Position numbers and translations under genes: made by a program
The notes under the pieces: model-generated
Told to the model about the DNA's origin: nothing
Seen by the model: the letters and a program-made list of their open reading frames with translations, nothing else
Database searches by the model: none
NCBI GenBank assembly: GCA_013416795.1
Contig: RQSC01000014.1
Span: 225,597 to 289,596, forward strand
Source: Prasinococcaceae sp. CCMP 1430
Lineage: Eukaryota; Plantae; Prasinodermophyta
Direction: 5' to 3'
DNA length: 64,000 nt
Part shown: piece by piece, positions 21,285 to 32,135 of the stretch
Position numbering within the stretch: position 1 is the stretch's first letter
Layout: every line of letters starts with the position of its first letter

Positions 21285-21622
21285 CGCTCGCAGCGGCAAG
21301 CGTGCTGTAAGGAACGCGCTGAGAATGCAACGAACGCACTCGCGCAACCACTGAGCTGCACACCTGGACTGAATGCACCACGAGCCGCGTACGTGCGGCG
21401 ATGGCGTACGCACTTTCGTCCTAGTTCCTGACGCCGGCCCACCTCGTGGCTCAGCTAGGTGGTCAGATGCTGCGAGCGCGCGCACGCGCGCGCGACATGC
21501 GAGCGTTTGTGATTTAGTGCTCGTGTCAGGACGTAGCATGTCGGGTGCATGAAGGAGCACGGGTAGGCGCACGCGCCATGGCGCGAACCGGAGAGCGAGG
21601 AGGCGCGTAGGTGCAGACGTTC

Positions 21623-22824
21623 TCACCCGAACCCGCCCGTCACCTCGAGCGTATGGCCCGTCACGTAGCTTGAGTGATCGCACGCGAGCATGAGCATGGC
21701 GCCGGCGGCTTCGCTGACTTCGCCTGGCCGCCGTAGCGGCGTGAGCATGAGTGCCGGCGACTCGCGTGGCGACGACTGCCCGGGAATTCCCAGCGCGATC
21801 TTCTTTCCACCCACAGTAATTGACTCGCCGCTCGACTACGCGTGTATGCGAAGACGAGCGCCAAATGACGCGGGCTGTCAGTCAGATACAATTACCCGAC
21901 TAGGTACCGGCATAGCCGCAGACTGCGCCCACGCGTGCCCGCTCGCGCCCGTCCGCGTCGCGCATATGCCCGCAGCGGAGGCGCACCAACGCGCGACTCA
22001 GAGAAAACACTTGCGTGCGCGCGCACGACCTTGTCTCCGATGAGGCGCGTCGCTATCATACCGTACGCGATGGCGTTGCAGCGCACTCCGAAAGCCCCCC
22101 ACTCCTTGGCAACCGTCTTTGTCATGCCCACGACGCCCATCTTTGCCATTGCGTAGTTCACCTGCCCCGCGTTTCCATGAATGCCAGAAGTGCTCGACAC
22201 GTTGATGATGGAGCGCGGCGTCGCTGCGCCACGCTCGCGCATCTCACGCTTGCCAGCGTCGCGCATGAGCGGCGCTGCCGCTCGAATGAGGCGGAAGGGA
22301 GCCTCACAATGGACGTCGTACATCGCTTTGAACTGCTCGTCGGTCATCTTGTGGATCACGCCGTCCCACGTGTAGCCCGCATTGTTCACCAGAATGTGGA
22401 GCTCGCCGCCAAAAGCCGCAGCCGCGGCCGCGACGCAACGCTCGGCGAAGTCATCGGCGGTCACATCGCCGGCGAAGCCCGCCGCGCTGCCCCCTGCCGA
22501 CGTGATAGTCTGAGAGGATGCATCAGCGCGGCGGTGGGGCACGCATCAGCACGACAGCGCAGCGAGGCGCGCGTCGCAGTGCGATCGATGAGCCCCCAGC
22601 GCGTGCGCATGCGCTGCAGGAAGAGCGCTTCCGGCTGGCGCCCACACCATGGTGACCTCCTGAGTGAGGCCCTCGTCTAAGTCGGACACCAGCACGTGCG
22701 CGCCCTCCTTGGCAAAGAGCTCGACGGTCGCGCGGCCGATGCCGCGCCCCGCGCCTGTGACGATGGCGACCCTCCCCGCCAGCAGCCCGCCGGAGCCCGC
22801 GCCTGCGCCCGCGCCCACGCACAT
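21623..22824 (-). CDS. Short-chain dehydrogenase/reductase, FabG/3-oxoacyl reductase-like, 3 exons
   Basis: TGAGRGIG, LVNNAGYTWDG, catalytic NVSSTSG..GNAGQVNYAMAK, AKEWG..GVRCNA, LTPLRRPG..SEAAGA and SYVTGHTLEVTGG. The donor of intron 1 is uncertain by a few codons. Confidence 0.92.
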
Positions 22825-22925
22825 CGCCGTCCAGCCCCCCTCCTCTTCGTCTCCCCTCCACCACATCCTCTGCGTCACCCTCCCCGAAAGTCGCAGGCCG
22901 CCTCGTCCGCGCGCGCCTCGCCGCC

Positions 22926-23918
22926 ATGGTGATCACGACGGACGTCTCGCGCCTCCTGGGCGTGGAGCACCCGATAATCTGCGGGGGCATGCACTACGTC
23001 GGCTACGCCGAGATGGCCGCCGCTGTGAGCAACGCCGGCGGCCTTGGCATGATCACGGCGCTCACGCAGCCCGACCCGGAGAAGCTGCGCGCGGAAATTC
23101 GCAAATGCAAGTCGCTCACGTCAAAGCCGTTCGGCGTGAACTTGACGCTGCTGCCCGCGCTCGCGCCGCCTGACTACGGCTCGTACGCCGACGTCATCAT
23201 CAGCGAGGGCATCCGCGTGGTGGAGACCGCCGGCCGCAACCCGGGAAAATGGATCAAGAAGTTCAAGGCCGCCGGCCTCGTCGTCATCCACAAGTGTGTC
23301 GCCGTGCGCCACGCCCTCACCGCAGAGCGCCTGGGCGCCGACGTCATCTCGATGGACGGCTTCGAGTGCGCCGGCCACCCGGGCGAGGAGGAGGTGGGAA
23401 ACTGGCTGCTTCTGCCGCTCGCCGCGCGCAAGCTGAGCGTGCCCTTCGTCGTGAGTGGCGGCTGCGGCGACGGTCGCCAGCTCGCCGCCGCGCTCTGCTT
23501 GGGGGCGTCGGGCATGAACATGGGCACGCGCTTCATGGCCACCGCCGAGGCGCCCATCCACCCCAACATCAAGAAGGCGCTGGTCGAGGGGACAGAGCGT
23601 GACACGACGCACGTCATGCGTTCGGTCAAAAACACGGAGCGCGTCTACAAAAACCCTGTGGCGCTCGAGGTGCAGAAAATAGAGGCCAAGCACCCGGGCG
23701 ACATCATGAAGATCCGCCATCTAGTGTCCGGCGCGAACTACAAAAAGTCGTTCCAGGAGTCGGGCGACCCCACGTCGAGCGTGTGGAGCTGCGGGCCGGT
23801 GATGGGTCTCATAGATGACGTGCCCACGTGCAAGGAGCTCGTCAGCCGCATCGTGGCCGAGGCGGAGGATGTCCTCAACAGCAAGGTCGCGCCAATGTTG
23901 CCGCGCTCGAAGCTCTGA
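22926..23918 (+). CDS. Nitronate monooxygenase/FabK-like FMN-dependent oxidoreductase with PTS1 (-SKL)
   Basis: PIICGGMHYVG, AAAVSNAGGLG, KPFGVNLTLLP, DGFECAGHPG, SGGCGDGRQLAAAL.LGA and NMGTRF; ends in SKL. Intronless. Confidence 0.93.
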   Translation: MVITTDVSRLLGVEHPIICGGMHYVGYAEMAAAVSNAGGLGMITALTQPDPEKLRAEIRKCKSLTSKPFGVNLTLLPALAPPDYGSYADVIISEGIRVVETAGRNPGKWIKKFKAAGLVVIHKCVAVRHALTAERLGADVISMDGFECAGHPGEEEVGNWLLLPLAARKLSVPFVVSGGCGDGRQLAAALCLGASGMNMGTRFMATAEAPIHPNIKKALVEGTERDTTHVMRSVKNTERVYKNPVALEVQKIEAKHPGDIMKIRHLVSGANYKKSFQESGDPTSSVWSCGPVMGLIDDVPTCKELVSRIVAEAEDVLNSKVAPMLPRSKL

Positions 23919-24148
23919 TCGGCGGGTGACCACAGCAGGCGCGGGCGCTCGGGCCGCCTTGCGTGTGACGTTCTCTCGCATGTGAAGTTCGACGACACAG
24001 TGTACACAAACAAAATTCACATTCACATACCACGCGCGCGCGGCAGGCGCGCGCGCCGAGCTACTCAGCGGCACGCCCGCCAGCTGCGCCGCCCCGCCCC
24101 GCATGCTTGGGCGAGCCCCCTATGTTCGAAGAAGGGACGGGGCGTGCG

Positions 24149-24472
24149 TCAAGACCCAACCTTGCCGGACACCATGCCGTCCACGACATCCCACAGGTCT
24201 CGCAGGATGCCGCGGCTCTTCGCGTGCTTCCAGCCCTCGGTGGTCTGATCCCACCCCAGCCTGTCCGCCTCGGCCTTGCTCTTCTGGAAACGGGCCTCCT
24301 CCCTTGCCTCGAGCCTCTCCTCGTAGCTCTGCTTCGGCGTCGCCTTTTCCTCCTCGCCCGCGACCTGGTCGTCAAGCCGGCGACCACCGCGGCCGCTCTC
24401 GTACAGGAAGGCCTCGGCGTCGTCCGTCGCCAGGCTGGCCAGCTCGTCGTCGCTCGCCTGCTCGCCGCCGCC
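24149..24472 (-). CDS. Terminal exon of a small charged orphan protein; 5' exon not fixed
   Basis: A frame missing from the ORF track: GGGEQASDDELASLATDDAEAFLYESG...LGWDQTTEGWKHAKSRGILRDLWDVVDGMVSGKVGS*. It follows a GTGAC branch-like site and the acceptor gcgcag, with strong GC3 bias. Confidence 0.55.
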   Translation of the reverse strand, partial: GGGEQASDDELASLATDDAEAFLYESGRGGRRLDDQVAGEEEKATPKQSYEERLEAREEARFQKSKAEADRLGWDQTTEGWKHAKSRGILRDLWDVVDGMVSGKVGS

Positions 24473-25206
24473 CTGCGCGCGTGCGCAGCGCCGCGCGGGT
24501 CACCGCTGCGCGTCCGTCCTTGTGCAGCAGCCGCTCCCACACTGGTGCGACGCCGCCGCGCGCGCTCGCGACCTCCGCCCGCATCGCCCGCATCCCCCAC
24601 ACCCACCCACACCCACCTCCCAGCACGCGCACTGTGGCACACCGGCTCCAACACCAACACGCGCGGATAAAAGAAGATCTCACCGGTCTCGCACACACAC
24701 GCACCCGCGCATGCTGAACACACGCATGCCACCGAATAAGGGTTACACTACCAATGAGGGTTTACATTCGAGTGCTTGGGCGCGTGCGAAGCCGGCTGCG
24801 GCCTGCGCCGATGGCGCGCCGGCGCGCGGGGCCTGGGTTGGGGTTCGGAGCGGTACGCACAATTGTACGGGTAGTCCTACTGTACCATCAAGATGTGGAG
24901 GGCGAACGAGCATGCCAAAATTACTGTAGTACTATTAGATCTCCCGTGGGTAAATGATACGACACAAGGTGTTGTATTATCGATCGTGGCAACGGGGGCT
25001 GTTTGCGCGGCGCGCTCGCTTCGGGAAGCGCCGCGGCGGGGCAGGGCGTGGCGGGCGGGCGAGCGCGGCACACAGCGCAGCGCTCGGGGCGCGACTCACC
25101 CCAACCCCACTCACACACACCCACACACACACCTCATCTCCCTTGTCCCGCGCGCGCGTCTTCTCAACCCGCTGCCCCTCCGCGCCTTGCCCAGACGGGA
25201 GGCGGG

Positions 25207-26520
25207 ATGGGCGTCGAGGGCATGTCGTGCCTGGTGACGGGCGGCTCGGGCCTCGTCGGCCAGCGGCTCGTCGAGATGCTCGCCGAGCGCGGCGCGCGGC
25301 GCGTCGTGTCGTTCGACATCGCGCCGAAGCCCAAGGGCGCGAGCGACGACGCGCGCATCCAGTACGTGCGGGGCGATCTCACCAAGCTCGAGGACGTCAA
25401 GGCGGCGTGCGAGGGCGGCATCGACTGCGTGTGGCACATCGGCGCGCTCGTGGGGCCCTACCACGAATTCAAGGCGTACCGCGCGGTCAACTACCAGGGC
25501 ACGCTCAACGTGCTCGAGGCCATGCGCGCGCTAGGCATCAAGAAGGGGGTCATGTCGAGCTCGCCGAGCACGCGCTTCGACGGCAGCGACATGGACGGGG
25601 TCAAGGATTCAGAAATCCCGATTCGGCCGCGCGGCCAATTTCTCGAGGCGTACGCGGAGACCAAGGCAAGCGATCGCCGCGCGCGCAGGCAGGCGCGCAG
25701 CCCCGTGCGCGCCCCGATCGGCGGTCTGCCCACGGCTTTCGCCGATGGGTGGGAGCGCGCGCACGCCCCCCCCCCCTGGATGTCTTGAGCTGACGGCAGC
25801 CAACAAACCCTCTTGCGCGATGCACACTGGACGCACCGCCGCGCCGCATCGCACCGCGCTACGCCGCCCCGACACCTGCGGCTGCCCGCCCCCGGCGCGC
25901 ACGCGCTGGCGCAGGCGATGGGCGAGGTGGCGTTCCGCGAGGCGAGCGACGGCGAGTCCATGCTGACCGTGGCGGTGGCCCCGCACCAGGTGTACGGACC
26001 GCGCGACAACCTCATGCTGCCCAACCTCACGGCGGCAGCACTCTCGGGTAAGCTGCGCATCTTCGGCAGCGGTAAGAACAAGGTGAGCTTCACCTTCGTG
26101 GACAACTACTGCCACGGTCTCATCATCGCCGAGGAGGCGCTCTACCCGGGATCGCCGGCGCTCGGCCAGTTCTACATCGTCACCGATGACGGCTACGAGC
26201 TCTTCTGGGAGGCGCTCGACCGCGCCTTCTGCTACCTGGGCGGCGAGAAATTCACGTCGCTGCTCAAGCGCTTTCACTACCCCACGTGGATGATGATGGG
26301 GGCGGCGCACGTGGCGACGTGTGTGGGGAAGATAATCGGCAAGAAGTTCAAGCTGAAGCCCTTCTCGGTGAAGATGCTGGTGATCGATCGCTGGTTTGAC
26401 ATCACGCGCGCAAAGGAGGATCTCGGCTACAAGCCAGTGGTCTCGCGCGAGGAGGGCTGGAGAATCACGCTCGAATGGTTTCGCGAGCACTGGCTGCCCA
26501 CCACACCCTTCGCCGCGTGA
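25207..26520 (+). CDS. 3-beta-hydroxysteroid dehydrogenase/C4-decarboxylase (NSDHL/ERG26-like), 2 exons (25207-25665, 25915-26520), GC-AG intron
   Basis: CLVTGGSGLVG, VNYQGTLNVL, SSSPS, catalytic YAETK|AMGE, PHQVYGPRD and FTFVDNYCHGLIIA. Confidence 0.92.
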
Positions 26521-26722
26521 ACCCCGTAATCCGAGGGCAGACGAATCTGCGCTTTGTACACTCGCCGCCAACAAGGCGCGGGCTCGCGCCTGCGCTCCCG
26601 GTCCACGCCGCGCACGAAGCGGTGCGCGTGCTAGCTGCATCGGCGGTGGGCGCGCCGCGGCCGTCGTCAGGGCACGCTTCTGTCGATTAGATACATTCGT
26701 TGATATACATGATGCTTGCGCC

Positions 26723-28105
26723 TCAAGGGGCGGTGGGCGCCCGGGCGATGACGCGCTCACGCCGGCCGACGCCGGCCAATGCCAGCGTGTGTCCGTCGTC
26801 GCTGCGCAGCGGTGCGGCGCCGGGCAGCGCCGGCACGAGCTCGAGCGGGGCGCGCAAGACCTCGGCAGCGCGCACCGCTGCCGCTTGCGCTTCGGTGCCA
26901 GCGCCGCTGTCGAGCGCCTCGAGTGCCGTTGCCGCTGCCCGCTGCTTCACTCGGGCAATGACTGCAGACACCTCCATCGACCGCTGCACGCGCAGCTGCA
27001 CGCGTGCGCCGGTGGCCACCACGTCGACGAGCAGCTCGCACTCCGCGTCGCCGTCGATGGCCATATCGCTGTCCGCGCTTGAGGCGATCCCCGCGAGCGC
27101 AGCTCGCGCCTCTGTCAGCGCGCGCGCAGCGCTCTCTTCCGCAGCCACTCTGGCTGCCTCATCCTCCGCCTTGCGCCGGGCCTCCTCCTCGGCTGCGCGC
27201 GCTGCACTCTCGGCCTGCTGCGCGCGCTCGAACTCGGCCCTCTCGACCGCCTGCTCGTACTCCCGGCTTGGCGCGATGTCGACCTCGACGTCCGTCTCCA
27301 CCACGCTCACGCCGTGGGAGGCGGTCTCGGGTGCCACGCTGAGTACCTCGATGCGGTACGTCTTTCCCGTTGATGCCACAGTGACGCCGAGCGTCTCGCC
27401 GCGCGTGAGTGTACTGTGTGCCGCGAGCGCACCCTCGAGCTCAGAGCGGACGTTGACGACCTCCTTGGAGAAGTCGGAGGTCAGCGGGCGCAGTGTCACG
27501 TGAGACGCCTTCGGAAGCTTGCGGAAGGCCACCTCCACGACCGCGAGCCGCGGCCGTGGCTCGTCCTCGCCGCCCGCCGCCGCCGCATCGCCGGCGTGGC
27601 CGCCACGCACGCCGGCCTCCAGGCCCAGCTGCTCCCTCACGTGCGGCGGCAGGCCGACGACGTCCTCCTTTTCCGAAAAGTCAAGCGCGGTCACGTGCGT
27701 GCGCGCGCCCGTGGCGATGACGCGCACCTCCCACGCGCTGGCTCCGCCACCCGTGGCGCGCTCCGCCTCCAGGGCGGCGCCAAGGCGCGCCGGCAGCGTC
27801 GCCTTGTCTGTGTGTCTCCGGATGCCGCGCTCTCGCGCCGCTTCGCCCGGCACCGCGTGTAGCCGCGCCTGGAGCGCGATGCCGCCGTTGTGCACGCGCG
27901 ACGTCTCAGCGGCCAGCGCCTCCTCCTCCCTCGCCGCCGCCTCCCTCAGCCGTCGCGCGCGCTGTCGCTCCTCGTGCGCCTCTCGCGCGGCCCTCGCGGC
28001 GGCCTTCCTCCTCTCGACCTCGTCGCGCCGCGCGAGCTGCGCCGCGGAACGCGTGGCCTGCTCGGAGCGCAGGCGCTCCGCCGAGCGCTTGAGCTCGAAC
28101 TCCAT
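26723..28105 (-). CDS. UFD1-family protein with N-terminal coiled coil and C-terminal UBX/ubiquitin-like region
   Basis: MEFEL start, DKATLP, THVTALDFS...VGLP.HV, LPKASHVTLRP, LEGALAAHSTLTRGE and SVVETDVEVDI match the plant long-UFD1 type. Confidence 0.85.
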   Translation of the reverse strand: MEFELKRSAERLRSEQATRSAAQLARRDEVERRKAAARAAREAHEERQRARRLREAAAREEEALAAETSRVHNGGIALQARLHAVPGEAARERGIRRHTDKATLPARLGAALEAERATGGGASAWEVRVIATGARTHVTALDFSEKEDVVGLPPHVREQLGLEAGVRGGHAGDAAAAGGEDEPRPRLAVVEVAFRKLPKASHVTLRPLTSDFSKEVVNVRSELEGALAAHSTLTRGETLGVTVASTGKTYRIEVLSVAPETASHGVSVVETDVEVDIAPSREYEQAVERAEFERAQQAESAARAAEEEARRKAEDEAARVAAEESAARALTEARAALAGIASSADSDMAIDGDAECELLVDVVATGARVQLRVQRSMEVSAVIARVKQRAAATALEALDSGAGTEAQAAAVRAAEVLRAPLELVPALPGAAPLRSDDGHTLALAGVGRRERVIARAPTAP

Positions 28106-28691
28106 GGCCGAGGAGGGCGGATGCGGCACGCCACCCCCCTCACCCACGCCCCCGGCCCCCCGCAGTCGCGCCGCGCGTCCGCCGCCGCCACCCCGTCGCC
28201 ACGCGCGCGCCGAGGGCCCGCGCGCGCAAGCCCGCGCGCGCAAGCCCGCGCCCAAATCCCAATCCGAATCAGGATCCCGCCGCGCTCCCCGCAAGACCTC
28301 GGGAGACCGAGCGCCCGCCTCGCCCAGCCGCGGATCCGGGATCTACGGGCGCGCCCCGCCGCCGGCGCCCGCCTGCCGGGATGGCTTGCGCCGCCGCACC
28401 GTACGGTGCACGGTGCATCTGCATCTGACGCACCGAAGAGCTCTCCCGTTAGTATGTATGACTTTTAATTTATTGTAGTATTATTGTCAACGAGTGTGGG
28501 AACATCAACGTCAGGTTTGAGCTTCGATTCTGTGTGTTCCCCCGCCGGGGCGCCCGAAAGCGGCGCGGCGGCGGGCGGGGGCGGGGCCGCGCGCTGGGCA
28601 GAGGCGCGCGCGTGCGCGCGCGTGCGCGCGCGCGTGGCGAGGGGGGGCGGCAGGGAGGGGGTGGGGTGGGGTAGGGGACGCCACGTCTGCG

Positions 28692-29638
28692 ATGGCGATG
28701 GACGACGACGAGGCCGAGCTGCAGGTGGACCTCGATGACGACGTCACGTCCGAGTTCGCCTCCTACGAGGACTACCTCGACAGGCAGATCACGCCGGTCG
28801 ACATGTACTACCTCGAGGACAAGGAGCTTGCGCGCCAACTGATCGAACACGGCTACCGCGGAAACGCCGAAATCCTCACGCGCGAGGAATTCGAGGCGCG
28901 CAAGCGCGCGGCGGAGAGCGCGCGCTTGGCAAAGATGTACACCGCGCCAGAGGAGCTCGCGTCGGCGAACAAGAGCTTCGACGGGCGGCCTTTGCTGGCG
29001 GCGCTCGCGCAGCGCGAGGAGGCACTGCGGTCCGGAAAACTCACAACCATCGTGTATGTCCGGCATACCAACGGGGCGGGCCAGGAGGTGAGTGGCTATA
29101 TCGACTTCGCGGACCGCCTCAAGACTGAGAACCTCGAGGCAGTGTTCGCAGGCAAGCGCCTACTGATACCCAAGGTGAGAATGGACCCGCGCCCTTGCGC
29201 GCGAGCCACAAACTGCCAGGGTTTGCGAGGCCCCGCGCTGACACCCCTTGGCACGCGCGTGCGAACGCATACGAATGCCCGCAGGCGGGTGACCTCTCAT
29301 ACTACAACTGGGATACGCAGACAAGCACGTCGACGCCCACGCCAAACTTCCAGGTGATCGCAGACAACGAGGCGGGGCTGTTGTTCAAGAACAAGGTGCG
29401 CAGGCGCGTGCTGCTGCGCGCGAGCGCGGGCGCCGACGCGCGTCTTTGCGTTCGCGCGCTGACACGTGTGCGAGTGCTCGTGTCCACCCGCACGGATTCC
29501 TCACATCAGCGCGACCGCAAGGTGATCAACGTCGACCCCGAAGCGCATCCGGGCGATAACTCGGCGCGCATTGAGATCAGCGACCCGAAGTACTTGCAAG
29601 TCGTGCTCTTCGACCACGTGACCAGAAGGAGGCCTTAG
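28692..29638 (+). CDS. CFAP299: Cilia- and flagella-associated protein 299 (DUF4464); exons 28692-29174, 29285-29395, 29510-29638
   Basis: FASYEDYLD, YYLEDKELARQLIEHGYRG, QEVSGYIDFADRLK, DLSYYNW, GLLFKNK|RDRKVINVDP, PGDNS and YLQVVLFDHVTRR. All introns are phase 0. Confidence 0.95.
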
Positions 29639-29893
29639 ACATCGGCGCGCAAGTAGAATCGTGACAAACGAAAGCCCCACAGATGCACGCGCAGTGCACA
29701 TGTGCGTGTGCCAAGGTAGGGCGGGGGCAGCCTCTGGGTCGCCATGACTCGCGGGTGCGTGTGCAGTGTCGATGAGGACGTGCCCGTGGCTGCCGACGTA
29801 GTATTAATAGTTGTATTTGTGTCGAAAGCTCATCTAGCTCTCGCGCGCGCGTAAGCACGCGCCAGCGAGCGAGCGAGCGCAGCCGACCCCGGG

Positions 29894-31445
29894 TTACTTG
29901 AGCAGTGAGTAGATGTATGCGCCGATGCCCAGCAGGATGATGATAAGCACGACGTCGACGCAGAAGTTGCGACTGGAGCGCAGCCTTGTGAGAGTCTCCT
30001 TTAGCTTGACGTTCTGGCTCTTGAGCTCTCCGCCGACGTCATCCACCTGCTCACACGCGAACACGCGCGCGGCACGTCAGAGCTCGGCCTGATATGAGCG
30101 TCGTTGCAACTGCCCGCTTACGCGGGCCAGCACGCACACACGCCCACCACAAAATGCGCAATCGGCAGTGCAACGCACCTTGTCCTCCAGGTTCTCGATC
30201 ATGGGTGCTTGCCTGTCCATCTCCGTGTTCATGTCTTCCGCAATCCCCTTGAGTGTCGTCAGCCCCTTGCTGATGGTCTCGATTTGTAGATCTGGGGGTT
30301 CGCGGTACGCGCGCGTCAGCTCGCTGGCTCGCAGGCGCATGCGTGCGCTTGCGCGCGTGCCAGTGCGCGGGGCGTCGTGCGCGCCCATGTGCGCGCCCGT
30401 CGGCGTGCTCGTACATACCTTGCCTGGCCTTGGCGTTCTCCCACTCGTGCCGGAATGCGCGGCTCTCCTCAGAGGTCTGGGCGTACTCGGGATGCGCCTC
30501 AATCTCGTCGGCGGTGAGCGTATCGATCTGCACCCGCCCGGGCCCGCCCATCGACCCGATCCCCGCGCGAAGGCCGCCAGGGGCGGCGCCGCCCACGCCG
30601 CGCCGTGCGCCAGATCCGTCGGGGATGGCCTCCAGGCGCTCCTCGAGCGCATGCGCCCGCATAACCTTGTCGTCGATGTCTTCCTGCGAGGTGCCGCGTT
30701 TCTTCTTCATGGCATACTTCTCAAGCTTCGGCCACTCGGTGCGGATACTCTGTTTGGCGCGGCGCACCTCGGCGTTCTTCGAGGCGATCGCTGCGCGGTC
30801 GGATTCATCCTTGATCTCCTCGGCGCGCGCTTCAAGCCCCTGTACCTCCTGCAGGAGTTGGACGTAGAGGTGCTCGAACGGATCCTGCCCCTTCTGCCGC
30901 GGCGCGGGCTGTTGAATCGACGGGGCGTTCGCGCGCAGGCAGGCGGCGATTCGTTCGTAGGCGTTGTGACAGAGATGCGCGGAAGCCGCGCGTCAGCTCC
31001 ATGTCGCATGAGGGGGAGGCGTGCGGGGGGAAGGCGCGCGGAGGGGGCGGAGAGCGTGCTCGGCGAGGGAGGGAAAAGGAGGAAGGAGAGAGAAGGTGAA
31101 GAGGGGGCCAGCCGGGCGGCCTGGAACGCACATTGTTCTCGTCGTCATAGTGCTCGTACTTCGTGCTGATCGCGTTCACGCGTGTGAGAATATCCGCCAC
31201 CGACACCGCCTGCAGCAGCATGGGCAAGTAAAGTGGCACGGTGGCCACGATGGGAGGCCGGCACGATAAAAGTTGGCATGGCGCAGCAGCCAGCGCGGGA
31301 GTCGATCAGCGCACGTGTCAGTAGCGCCCACGCGCTGCACCTCGCCCAGGGCCGCGCCCCGCCCGCCCCAAGTGGTTCCGTCACCCGCCCGCCGCGCTAC
31401 GCTCCGCCGCGCGGCCTGGCGCGCACGCGCGCCGCGCACCACCAT
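29894..31445 (-). CDS. SYP7: Qc-SNARE, syntaxin of plants 7 family; multi-exon, first coding exon is ATG only (31445-31443)
   Basis: V.DILTRVNAISTKYEHYD, DPFEHLY, NAEVRRAK, LEERLEAIPDG, IETISKGLTTLKGIAEDM.TEMDRQ and a C-terminal TM RSSRNFCVDVVLIIILLGIGAYIYSLLK*. Confidence 0.93.
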
Positions 31446-32135
31446 GGCTGCGGTCCTCCCTGGCCCGTCCCGGGAGCGCCTTGTGCGGGAGCGCGCGCCC
31501 GCTCCCGCGCGCTTTTTTTTTCTTTGGTCGCGTGGGAAAAAAAAGTGCCGCCGCATGGCAAGTTGCAGGCAGTGGGGACGTGCAGACGCACGACCGCGCG
31601 GTCAGCAGAGGGCACGGCCTCGGGCCGCGCGTGGCACGGGTGAAGACGCGACCGCTCCCGGGCCGCGTTCGCGTGCTTTCGCCTGCGCGGCGGGGGAGAG
31701 GGAGGGGGGGGAGGAGGGGAGGAGCGCACGAGTTCTCAGTGCCAGCACCGCCACGCTCTCCTCTGTCGCCGCGGACGCAGCGGGCTGCGCCGCGTGGGCG
31801 GACCGCCGCGCCCTGCTGGCAAGCGGGCGGGCGGGCGGCGTGTGCGCGCGTCGCAGACAGCGCCGCTATGCGCCTCGTTGTGCGCACCCGAGCCCATTGC
31901 AGCCGATGCTAACCCAGCCGCTCTCGCACGCACCCTCGCCCGTCGCGCCTGAGTAGAAGGTGCTCAAGATGCAGGCGGCGAAGTAAATAATTCATGAGCA
32001 CTTGCTGCTTGTACATCACAACATCGCCGTCGAGCGTCGACGGCGAGAGGTTCGGTCGAGGGAGCGGCGTCTTGCTGGCGCCGGTTCGCGAACGTGCTGC
32101 TGCGCGACAGGCTGACGCATGGCCGTATTGGTCGC

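Noticed and set aside
22926-23918. A firm claim of horizontal transfer for the NMO-like gene
   Set aside because: Being intronless and bacterial-like is not enough: its codon usage is host-like and this family also occurs in other eukaryotes, so phylogeny is required.
24107-24670. Plus-strand Leu/Val-rich ORF that looks like a membrane protein
   Set aside because: It is the typical antisense image of a Lys/Glu/Gln-rich minus-strand exon, which has the better codon bias and splice signals.
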